From assembly GCA_021648495.1 (NCBI GenBank), contig JAKIST010000001.1, positions 1-44,342 of the forward strand: a stretch of 44,342 nt of DNA, read 5' to 3'. The stretch is from Draconibacterium sp. (GTDB taxonomy: Bacteria; Bacteroidota; Bacteroidia; Bacteroidales; Prolixibacteraceae). Shown here piece after piece: positions 19,453-27,931 of this stretch. The notes under the pieces are model-generated. The model was not told the DNA's origin. It made no database searches and saw only the letters and a list, made by a program, of their open reading frames with translations. Each line of letters opens with the position of its first letter. Positions within the stretch are counted from its first letter, which is position 1. The position numbers were made by a program, and so were the translations under genes.

Positions 19453-21351
19453 TCAATATGCCCGTTCGTGTTTCCCTTCAACAAAATTAATAAACGAACC
19501 ATTTACTACCCGGTTTCCGCCCGGCGTTGGGTAATTTCCCGTAAAATACCAATCGCCCAAATCGTTGGGACAAGCTTTATGCAGGTTTTCAATTGATTGA
19601 TAAACAATTTCAACTTCCGCATTGCAATCTTCGGGCTTTAACAATTCGGCTATTTTTGCCGAAACTTCTTCGGGGGTAAACAGTTTGTAAATCTCGCGAA
19701 CATAATTCACCATTTCTTCTTTTGACAAATGCTGCTGTTCTTTACACTTCATGTACACATCTTGAATTACAGACTCTTTCCCCTGATCTTTTAACAACTC
19801 GATTGCGGCATTAAAAGCAATAAATTTATCCAACCGCGCCATGTCGATACCATAACAATCGGGGTAACGAATTTGCGGGGCAGAAGAAACCACAATGATT
19901 TTTTTCGGTTTTAGCCGGTCCAGGATTTTAAGGATACTCTTTTTCAAGGTGGTGCCACGGACAATTGAATCGTCGATAATTACAAGGGTATCTTTATAGT
20001 TTCTAATTGCACCGTAAGTAACATCGTAAACATGTGCTACCAAATCGTTGCGGCTGGCATCATCGGCAATAAAAGTCCGAAGTTTCACATCTTTAATGGC
20101 GATTTTTTCAACTCTTGGTTCAAAAGAAATAATCCGCTTAATATCTTCGTTGGTCAACGACCCGTTCCTCTTTTCAATTTCATCTATTTTCCAATCAACC
20201 AAATAGCTTCTTACCCCTTCAATCATTCCATAAAATGCGGTTTCCGATGTATTTGGGATATATGAAAACACGGTATTCTCAAAGTCGTAATCGATAGATT
20301 TCAGGATTGCCGGACAAATTAAACGCCCCAGCTCTTTTCGTTCCTTGTAAATATCTTTATCGCTACCCCGCGAAAAATAAATTCGCTCGAACGAGCAAGA
20401 TGTTTTTTTATGCGGGACCCGGATCATTTGCTTGCTTATCAAACCATCTTTTTTAACAATCAGCGCTTCGCCGGGGTTAATTTCCTTTACCTCTTCAACA
20501 CCAACATCCATTACAGTTTGGATAGCTGCACGCTCCGATGCAACCACAACAATTTCATCATCGAAATAATAATGGGCTGGTCGAATCCCCCACGGATCGC
20601 GCACAACAAAAGCATCACCATGCCCAATTAGACCGGCTATTGTGTAACCGCCATCAAAATCTTTGGTAGAACGTTCAAGTATATTTTGAATGTCTAAATT
20701 TTTCTCTATTTGGCTTGAAATCTCGTTGTTAATAGCACCTTCATTTTTATACCTTCTAAACAACAACTGATTTTCTTCATCGAGAAAATGCCCCACTTTT
20801 TCGAGTACTGTTACCGTGTCGGTAAATGCTTTTGGGTGCTGGCCCAAATCTACCAAAACCTTAAATAATTCATCGGTATTTGTGAGGTTGAAATTTCCGG
20901 CGAGCACTAAATTCCTCGATTTCCAATTATTTTGCCGCATCACCGGGTGAACCAAATCTATACTGTTTTTACCAAAAGTACCATACCGTAAATGGCCCAA
21001 ATATAACTCTCCTGCAAAAGGAAAGTTTTTATACGCCCAATCAGCACTATCTATTTCATCCCTATTCAATTGCGCTTGCTGCAGGGGTTCATTTATCTGG
21101 TTAAAAACATCGATAATTGGATTTTGCTGCACCGAACGGAATCGGCTGATATACGTATTTCCCGCCTCTAAATTTGTTTTTACACACACCGCACCGGCAC
21201 CATCTTGTCCACGGTTGTGCTGTTTCTCCATTAATAGGTACAATTTGTTTAATCCGTATTGCCAGGTACCATATTTTTCCTGATAATATACCAACGGTTT
21301 TAACAAACGTATTAAGGCAATTCCACATTCGTGCTTAATCTGGTCACTCAT
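19453..21351 (-). CDS. purF: Amidophosphoribosyltransferase (long Bacteroidota type)
   Basis: KHECG, QHNRGQD, GHLRY, CSFERIYFSR, IIDDSIVRGTT. Confidence 0.93.
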   Translation of the reverse strand: MSDQIKHECGIALIRLLKPLVYYQEKYGTWQYGLNKLYLLMEKQHNRGQDGAGAVCVKTNLEAGNTYISRFRSVQQNPIIDVFNQINEPLQQAQLNRDEIDSADWAYKNFPFAGELYLGHLRYGTFGKNSIDLVHPVMRQNNWKSRNLVLAGNFNLTNTDELFKVLVDLGQHPKAFTDTVTVLEKVGHFLDEENQLLFRRYKNEGAINNEISSQIEKNLDIQNILERSTKDFDGGYTIAGLIGHGDAFVVRDPWGIRPAHYYFDDEIVVVASERAAIQTVMDVGVEEVKEINPGEALIVKKDGLISKQMIRVPHKKTSCSFERIYFSRGSDKDIYKERKELGRLICPAILKSIDYDFENTVFSYIPNTSETAFYGMIEGVRSYLVDWKIDEIEKRNGSLTNEDIKRIISFEPRVEKIAIKDVKLRTFIADDASRNDLVAHVYDVTYGAIRNYKDTLVIIDDSIVRGTTLKKSILKILDRLKPKKIIVVSSAPQIRYPDCYGIDMARLDKFIAFNAAIELLKDQGKESVIQDVYMKCKEQQHLSKEEMVNYVREIYKLFTPEEVSAKIAELLKPEDCNAEVEIVYQSIENLHKACPNDLGDWYFTGNYPTPGGNRVVNGSFINFVEGKHERAY

Positions 21352-21358
21352 AATTTAT

Positions 21359-21808
21359 TTATTTCAGCAAAGGAAATTTAATTTTATCAGGAACTATAAA
21401 AGCCATCGGATAGTTCCTTTCAATTCTTTTGTGAAGTTTTAAAGCTTCATTTTTTGTTCTGTAATCTCCAATTCTCACCCTGAAATTTGGAGCCTCGTAT
21501 ATTATATGAACGACATACTCTGGGTACATTGATAAAAACGCAATTTTTTTACTTTTAGACTGGGCCAATGCATCTAATTCTGAACTGAAGAATATTTCGA
21601 CCCGATATCCATCTATTCCATCTTTTTTGAAATTTTTTTCGATGTGCCAATTCAACATTTTTTCGAGCCGTGGATCTTGATTTACATGAAGATTTTGCAA
21701 AATAGTTGGTTGTTTGACCTCCCCGGAAATTTCCTCGGAAATTGTTGTTTGAGCGAATCCTTGCAGGCCGGCAAATATAATTATAATGAAAAGAAAAAGA
21801 ATCCTCAT
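21359..21808 (-). CDS. SPOR-domain secreted protein
   Basis: Signal peptide; GYRVEIF...PNFRVRIGDY..K.EA...AFIV. Confidence 0.85.
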   Translation of the reverse strand: MRILFLFIIIIFAGLQGFAQTTISEEISGEVKQPTILQNLHVNQDPRLEKMLNWHIEKNFKKDGIDGYRVEIFFSSELDALAQSKSKKIAFLSMYPEYVVHIIYEAPNFRVRIGDYRTKNEALKLHKRIERNYPMAFIVPDKIKFPLLK

Positions 21809-21830
21809 CGTATTTATTGAATTGAGAGTG

Positions 21831-21838
21831 CAAATATA
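21831..21838 (-). promoter_or_regulatory. Bacteroidota -7 promoter box for the SPOR gene and purF
   Basis: TATATTTG matches TAnnTTTG, about 22 nt upstream of the ATG. Confidence 0.55.
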
Positions 21839-21839
21839 A

Positions 21840-21998
21840 GTGAAACTTTCAGAATAAGTTCATCGAAGTTGACGAAGATATTTTTTTCTTTTTCAAGGCG
21901 ATATTTTGAGGTATAGCCGTAACTATGGCGAAAAATCTCAACGAAGAAAAAGGAAAAAAGAACAAGTCAGGATGAGGAAGTTATTTTAAATGTTTCAC
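21840..21998 (+). mobile_element. Long-hairpin MITE-like element E2 (159 bp)
   Basis: TAA|GTGAAAC...GTTTCAC|TAA; imperfect inverted symmetry over its whole length; central ATAGC-CGTA-ACTAT. Confidence 0.85.
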
Positions 21999-22030
21999 TA
22001 ACCTGATTAATTCATGAATTAATCAGGTTA
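21999..22030. repeat. Perfect 32-bp palindrome (collapsed E6-type element ends)
   Basis: TAACCTGATTAATTCA|TGAATTAATCAGGTTA; 21998-22020 is identical to 42486-42508. Confidence 0.9.
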
Positions 22031-22343
22031 CAAGTCCAACAATATTCTGGTCCCTGTAAATAATCATAAATTCTTTTTTTGACGGAACAAAATATTCACT
22101 TCCTTTTTTGAAAGGACCCTACTGGAGGTAATTAATTTCGTCAGGCCGGTTGGCATTTCTAAATTCAAAACTTGCCCCCCATTCATTGTCTTCGAACCCC
22201 CAATTTTTAGCTTACCATTCTTTTGTTTCATCCGGGTTGTCAGAAAAAAAGAAAGTGCCACCAATCCATGTCACTTTTGGTACAGTATCGTTATTTAATG
22301 GAGTGTTTTGAGTTATATTCTTTTTGCCTTCCATGTCGTTCAT
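22024..22343 (-). pseudogene. VOC/glyoxalase-family pseudogene
   Basis: KVTWIGGTFFFSDNPDETKEW*AKNWG...LQ*GPFKKGSEYF.PSKKEFMI.YR.QNI.GL; in-frame stops at 22212-14 and 22119-21; 3' part lost at the palindrome. Confidence 0.75.
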
Positions 22344-22493
22344 CTTGTTGGTTGTCGGGTTAAAGCTTGCAAGAACTGATAAAATCGATATTAATGTGAA
22401 TAGTCTGTTCTTTTTGTCTTGTTAAAAATTCAGTTTAAAGCTTTTTTAAAGCTCTCCCTCAGAACCAAAATACAATAAACAACTACAATTAAC

Positions 22494-23234
22494 CTACAAA
22501 CTATTTTCCAGCTCTTCCGTAATTTCCAAATTGTGAAATACATTTTGCACATCGTCGTCGTCTTCAAGTTTTTCGACCAAACGCAGCACTTTTTTTGCAT
22601 CCTCAATACTCAGTGAATTCGTATTGTTCGGGATACGATCCAACTCTTGACTTTCAGGCTCAATTTTCATCTCTGCCAATTTTTTCGACACACTGCCAAA
22701 ATCTTCAAAAGCGGTGGTTACAATAATTGTGTTTTCATTTCTCTCAATATCTTCTGCGCCAGCATCAATCATCTCAAGCTCAAATTCTTCCAAATCAAAG
22801 TTCTCCAAAATATGAATCACAAATATGCCTTTCCGGTCGAATAAAAAACTTAGCGAACCATTGGTCCCCAACTGTCCTCCAGCCTTTGAGAATGCCGCCC
22901 GTACACTACTCACTGTCCGATTATTATTATCCGACAAACACTCAACATAAATTGCTATTCCACCCGGACCATATCCCTCAAAAGTATTTTCTTCGAAACT
23001 GGAAGCATCTTTCTCAGCCTTATTTATGGCCCGCTCTATTACATCTTTCGACATATTTTGCCCTTTGGCATTTTGCACGGCAACCCGTAAACGCGAGTTC
23101 GATTCTATATCTGTTCCGCCCATTTTGGCTGCAACTGTAATTTCCTTGGAAATTTTAGAAAATATTTTAGAGCGTTTCGCGTCAGCAGCTCCTTTTTTGT
23201 GTTTTATCGACGACCATTTATTGTGACCTGACAT
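22494..23234 (-). CDS. yebC: YebC/PmpR family protein
   Basis: MSGHNKWS.IKHKK, EGYGPGG, DN.NRT, LEDDDDVQ.V.HN. Confidence 0.95.
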   Translation of the reverse strand: MSGHNKWSSIKHKKGAADAKRSKIFSKISKEITVAAKMGGTDIESNSRLRVAVQNAKGQNMSKDVIERAINKAEKDASSFEENTFEGYGPGGIAIYVECLSDNNNRTVSSVRAAFSKAGGQLGTNGSLSFLFDRKGIFVIHILENFDLEEFELEMIDAGAEDIERNENTIIVTTAFEDFGSVSKKLAEMKIEPESQELDRIPNNTNSLSIEDAKKVLRLVEKLEDDDDVQNVFHNLEITEELENSL

Positions 23235-23264
23235 TGCAAATAATTTTAAGATTTATTTTTTCAA

Positions 23265-23272
23265 CAAATTTA
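23265..23272 (-). promoter_or_regulatory. Bacteroidota -7 box for yebC
   Basis: TAAATTTG about 30 nt upstream of the start. Confidence 0.5.
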
Positions 23273-23500
23273 GAAAAGTACTAAAAATACAAAAGATTAT
23301 AAAGACTCATAAATATACAAAAATTGTATTCAAAAAAAAGTTCTCGAACGACTTCAACCTTTATAATAATTCTCCAAATATAATGGTTTTATGCCCGTGC
23401 ATTGGTTCAGAAAAATCCTTTTTTATAAAAATGAACTAAAAGAAATAATTTATTAATATTTTCGAACTTAAATTATTCGGCAATTTGTAAAACGAACTGA

Positions 23501-24028
23501 ATGGTCAATATTAAAAAAAAAAGAAAAACGGAAAAAGTCGCAAATGATTTTAATGGGTACAGGGCAAAAATGAACGAAAGGATTTTAGCATATAGCAACA
23601 AAGTTACGAAAGGTATTTACAGCCTCGGCACATAACTTATCAGGAAGGTGCGCAGAGCACTAAAACTAAGAAAATGTTAGGTTAGGAGTTGTAAATTAAT
23701 AAACGCTTGTTTTATGCATAGATATTTTGTTTTTTAGCGAGTTGAAAAATCTGTAAATAGTGGTTCTATTAAAAGAATTTTTCAAAGAGGATAAAAAGCA
23801 AAAGAACAAGTAGAAATCGAGTGCTTATTTGTTTATAACTCTTTAGCAACTTCAATGGTACTTCGCTGCGACGACTGTATTAAATACCACCTTGAGAAAT
23901 GTTTCGAGCAAGGAGTTACAAGCGATGAAGTTTTTGAAATATTTGGAGTTGCAAATGTTGTGGGTAGAACCATCGTAATTCCACACATCCGACGAGCTGT
24001 TGAATTCTGGGAAGAATTAAATATTTGA
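23501..24028 (+). pseudogene. Carboxymuconolactone decarboxylase/AhpD-family pseudogene split by E3
   Basis: DFNGYRAKMNERIL...[frameshift]TYQEGA.STKTKKML[E3]LATSMVLRCDDCIKYHL...VIPHIRRAVEFWEEL* with CxxC. Confidence 0.8.
23685..23842 (+). mobile_element. Long-hairpin MITE-like element E3 (158 bp)
   Basis: TTA|GGAGTTGTAAA...TTTATAACTCT|TTA; shares GATAAAAAGCAAAAGAACAAGT with E4; lies inside a gene. Confidence 0.85.
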
Positions 24029-24084
24029 TCGATTTAAAACTTATTCTAACTAATTTGTTACTTTTAAAAACAATACTATAAAAA

Positions 24085-24405
24085 ATGAAAAAAAAATTTG
24101 CAATTACATCAACAGGGAAGACCGAAAAATCGCTCCTCGATTTACGCTTTGGAAAGTGTGAGAATGTCGTAATCTTTAATGTCGAAAAAAACCAATATTC
24201 TATTATTGGAAATCCATACAAAGATGGAGAAAACAGTGGTACTCAATTGGTCAAATTCCTAATAAAAGAAGATGTAACTACTGTTATTACTGGTGAGGTA
24301 GGGCCAAAAGTTAGCGAATTGCTCGAAAAAGAAAAGCTTCAGCTTGTTCTATTAGCAGAAGAAAGAATTAAAATTGAAGATATAATGGACAGGATTAAAC
24401 CTTAA
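24085..24405 (+). CDS. NifB/NifX-family (FeMo-cofactor-binding-like) protein
   Basis: RFGKC...NP...G..V..VITG.VGP pattern; 106 aa. Confidence 0.75.
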   Translation: MKKKFAITSTGKTEKSLLDLRFGKCENVVIFNVEKNQYSIIGNPYKDGENSGTQLVKFLIKEDVTTVITGEVGPKVSELLEKEKLQLVLLAEERIKIEDIMDRIKP

Positions 24406-24562
24406 TTTTTAACCTGTTCAGAAATATTTTTCCCAATTTCCCACAAGAAAGAAGTTCATTAATTGTAATCCTAAAAACGCCTTTAATGTTTTTAATCCCA
24501 CTTTTTTGTACAAGTGTGAATTGTTTTATCCGGATTTCTATTTTTATCAAAGATATTATTCT

Positions 24563-25009
24563 ATGATTGTTAGAAAAGCAACATTAAAAGATGTAGGTCC
24601 TCTTGTTGATTTTCAGCTTCGAATGGCCAGCGAAACTGAAGGGATTGAATTAAATATGCCAACCGTATCAAAAGGAGTTTCGGCAGTTTTGACAGACAAC
24701 ACGAAAGGACAATATTATGTAGCTGAAATAGAAGGAAAAGTGGTGAGCTCGTTGTTAACTACTTTTGAATGGAGCGACTGGCGAAATGGAACAATTTTAT
24801 GGATTCAATCGGTGTATGTTTTGCCCGAATTTAGACGAAAAGGTGTGTACCGAAACATGTACGCACACATTAAAGAACAAGTTTTGTCCAATCAAAAATT
24901 AAACGGCATTCGGTTATATGCCGACAAATCGAATTCTGTTGCACAAGAAACGTACAAAACATTGGGGATGAGTGCCGAACATTACCTTACTTTTGAATGG
25001 TTAAAATAA
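24563..25009 (+). CDS. GNAT acetyltransferase
   Basis: TFEWSDWRNG..WIQSVYV.PEFRRKGV; ATG at 24563. Confidence 0.85.
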   Translation: MIVRKATLKDVGPLVDFQLRMASETEGIELNMPTVSKGVSAVLTDNTKGQYYVAEIEGKVVSSLLTTFEWSDWRNGTILWIQSVYVLPEFRRKGVYRNMYAHIKEQVLSNQKLNGIRLYADKSNSVAQETYKTLGMSAEHYLTFEWLK

Positions 25010-25026
25010 AAATTAAATATACTGAA

Positions 25027-25428
25027 ATGAAAACGATAACTCCATTAGTAAGAAAACAAATAGTACAAGCGCAGCGAAACGAGATAACCGAATACCATAT
25101 TTATAAAAGGTTGGCCAGAAAAACTACGAACCAAAAGAATAAAAAGATACTAAATTCAATTGCCGATGACGAATTACAGCATTATAAAATATGGATGAAA
25201 TATAGTGGCAGGGAAGTAGGGCCCAGCCGTTGGGATATTCTTAAATTTTATTGGATGGCACTATTTTTTGGGCTTACTTTTGGACTAAAACAAATGGAAC
25301 TGGGCGAACAAAGAGCGCAAATAAATTACAACGAAATTGGAAAAGAAATCCCGGAGGCAATTCAAATCGGAAAAGAAGAGAATCAACATGAAAAAGAGCT
25401 ATTAAAAATGCTTAATTCGAAAGGTTAG
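25027..25428 (+). CDS. Ferritin/rubrerythrin-like domain, apparently the N-terminal part of a VIT1/CCC1 fusion (possibly truncated)
   Basis: Q.NEITEY.IY..LA, IADDE..H, ME.GE..AQ..Y, EE..HE..L diiron-like motifs; no TM domain follows. Confidence 0.65.
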   Translation: MKTITPLVRKQIVQAQRNEITEYHIYKRLARKTTNQKNKKILNSIADDELQHYKIWMKYSGREVGPSRWDILKFYWMALFFGLTFGLKQMELGEQRAQINYNEIGKEIPEAIQIGKEENQHEKELLKMLNSKG

Positions 25429-25572
25429 AACATTTCAATTTTTCAAGCTTGTCTCAAAATTATTTTCAAAATAGGTTTTAACCTACTTTTTATAGCTTTC
25501 TGCAACAATCATTTTTACAATCGATTCTATTGTCAATAAAATGCAAATAATTTATCGATTAGCAAGAACTAA

Positions 25573-25731
25573 GGCTTTGTAAAATAATAAATGCTTCAAA
25601 TTTAACGAAGTTTTTTTGGTTTTTAGCAACTTGATAAATTTGCGTATAGCCATGTTTATACAAAGATTTAGCAAAGAAGATAAAAAGCAAAAGAACAAGT
25701 TAAAAAGGAGTAGTTATTGTTTTACAATACC
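25573..25731 (+). mobile_element. Long-hairpin MITE-like element E4 (159 bp)
   Basis: TAA|GGCTTTGTAAAATAAT...ATTGTTTTACAATACC|TAA; internal TTAACGAAG and AAAGAACAAGTTAA. Confidence 0.85.
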
Positions 25732-25777
25732 TAAATACTATACAATTCTGTTCTCGTGAAAAGAAAAAGAAATTAAG

Positions 25778-26430
25778 TTGAGCACGCATCTTTACAATCT
25801 AATTGAAGAGGGAGAACACCAACAGCAGGATTTTAAGTACTGCATAAAAGATTCGAGAAAAATTGCGAAATCGTTGGTTGCATTTGCTAACACAGATGGA
25901 GGAAGGCTATTAATTGGAGTAAAAGATAATGGTAGAATTACGGGCATTACAAGCGATGAGGAATTTTACATGGTTGAAGCTGCAGCAAAAATATTCAGCA
26001 ATCCGCCAATTACGTTTTTAACAAAGCAATGGCATGTTGAGGGGAAAACAGTTTTGGAAATCCAAATTGCACCCAGCAAACAAAAACCTCATTTTGCAAA
26101 AAATGAAATGGGCAAATGGTTGGCTTACATTAGATGTGCTGATGAAAACATTCTTGCCCATAAAATACAAATTGAAGTGTGGAAGAAACAAAAAAGTACC
26201 CGGGGAATTCATTTTACTTATTCTGAAGATGAGAAATTCTTGATTGATTACCTTCAAAAAAATAGTGCAATCTCATTTTCAAAATTTATTCGTTTGGCGC
26301 ATATTTCAAGAAAAAAAGCGGAAGAAATTTTATAGTTATGAATGTAATATCAATAAATTCAAATAAAGAAGGAACCACTTTTTCTCTTGATGTAAATATC
26401 CGGGAAAAAGAATTGAAAAAATTCAAATAG
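25778..26430 (+). pseudogene. AlbA_2 (Schlafen-like) domain protein, probably frameshifted near the C-terminus
   Basis: GE....DFK, AFANT.GG.LLIGV.D.G; stop at 26335, but a second frame NFIVMNVI...KKFK* runs on to 26430. Confidence 0.6.
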
Positions 26431-26586
26431 AGTTTATCCTTAATAATAGAGGTTGTCTAAAGTTAGACAAGAATTTTATAGTAATCATCCCTTAACATTT
26501 AGAACTCATTCATGCAATTTTAAACATTAAATATTTTAATATCAAAAAACTGCTTATTTTTACTCATTCAAAATAAACAATTAATT

Positions 26587-27741
26587 ATGATTCAGAAATT
26601 AACGATTTTAATACTAATTATTGGAGCTGGATTTACCTCTTTTGCACAAGATACGTATCTGGATGCAAAAGTGGAGGAAACAGAAAAAACTTACCTCGGT
26701 GGGGAAACTTATAAAGTAAAAACATTCACTCAAAAATTTAAATCTGAAAAGCCCAAAAATATAATCTTTCTAATTGGAGATGGAATGGGAGTTTCGCATA
26801 TATTCTCAGGAATTACAGCGAACAAAGGTAGCCTGTTTCTTGAAAATTGTAAATACATTGGTTTTTCAAAAACACAATCGGCAGACAATTACATTACCGA
26901 TTCGGCGGCAGGCGCAACAGCACTTTCCACAGGAGTAAGGACGAACAATGGAGCAATTGGTGTTGACGTAAATAATAAGCCGGTTAAATCCATTTTAGAA
27001 GAGGCAGAAGAAAACGGATTAGCTACCGGATTGGTTTCTACTTCCACAATTACACATGCAACTCCGGCATCGTTTATTGCGCACCAACCGCAAAGAAACA
27101 TGTACGAAGAGATTGCTGCCGATTTCTTAAAAACCGACATTGATGTTTTTATTGGTGGAGGAAAAGCACATTTTACACAAAGGAAAGATGGTAGAAATCT
27201 GGTTGAAGAATTAAAAGAAAAAGGGTATCGTTACGAAGAAGATTTAGATAAAATCTCGAAAGTAAAAAAAGGTAAATTGGTTGCTCTTACGGCAGATGGA
27301 GATGCGGGAAGAATGGAACAACGTGGAGATATGTTACCTGTTTCTACAAAAACAGCAATTAATATTTTAAGCAAAAACGACAAGGGTTTCTTTTTAATGG
27401 TTGAAGGTTCGCAAATTGATTGGGGAGGACATGCTGGAAGCACAATTTACATTGTTGAAGAGATGCTTGACTTTGACCAAACAATTGGTAAAGCGCTAGC
27501 ATTTGCTGCCAAAGATGGGAAAACATTAGTTGTTGTTACTGCCGACCACGAAACAGGGGGCATGGCAATTACCGGGGGAAGTATTGAAGAAGGTATTGTA
27601 CAAGCAAGATACCCAACCGGAGGACACACTTCAGTTATGGTGCCAATTTTTGCTTATGGCCCCGGAGCCAAAGAATTTATTGGAATCATGAAAAATACCG
27701 ATATTCATGCCAAAATGAGAAAATTACTTTTTGGGAATTAA
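26587..27741 (+). CDS. phoA: Alkaline phosphatase (PhoA family)
   Basis: Signal peptide; IGDGMG, TDSAA, HATPA, VEG.QIDW.GH, TADHETGG. Confidence 0.9.
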   Translation: MIQKLTILILIIGAGFTSFAQDTYLDAKVEETEKTYLGGETYKVKTFTQKFKSEKPKNIIFLIGDGMGVSHIFSGITANKGSLFLENCKYIGFSKTQSADNYITDSAAGATALSTGVRTNNGAIGVDVNNKPVKSILEEAEENGLATGLVSTSTITHATPASFIAHQPQRNMYEEIAADFLKTDIDVFIGGGKAHFTQRKDGRNLVEELKEKGYRYEEDLDKISKVKKGKLVALTADGDAGRMEQRGDMLPVSTKTAINILSKNDKGFFLMVEGSQIDWGGHAGSTIYIVEEMLDFDQTIGKALAFAAKDGKTLVVVTADHETGGMAITGGSIEEGIVQARYPTGGHTSVMVPIFAYGPGAKEFIGIMKNTDIHAKMRKLLFGN

Positions 27742-27759
27742 TAGCTTTTAAAATAGTCG

Positions 27760-27801
27760 AAAAAACCGGATAACTTAAATTACTAAGTATCCGGTTTTTT
27801 T
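27760..27801 (+). terminator. Rho-independent terminator
   Basis: AAAAAACCGGATA...TATCCGGTTTTTT after the phosphatase stop. Confidence 0.8.
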
Positions 27802-27931
27802 ATGATTTCTCAAATTGATTTTCTATTTTCAACCCGAGTTTTACAACTTCTAAAGTTTTGAAACTATTAGATAGCAACAAAACAGTTTTAAAATTACACA
27901 GGTAAAAAGACTAACTTCTTAACTAATCACT

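Noticed and set aside
22064-22264. 66-aa ORF in the track
   Set aside because: Wrong frame of the VOC pseudogene.
23916-24221. 101-aa - strand ORF
   Set aside because: Antisense shadow of the CMD pseudogene and the NifX-like gene.
24085-24405. Nitrogen fixation inferred from the NifX-like gene
   Set aside because: The family is widespread in non-diazotrophic anaerobes and there are no nif genes here.
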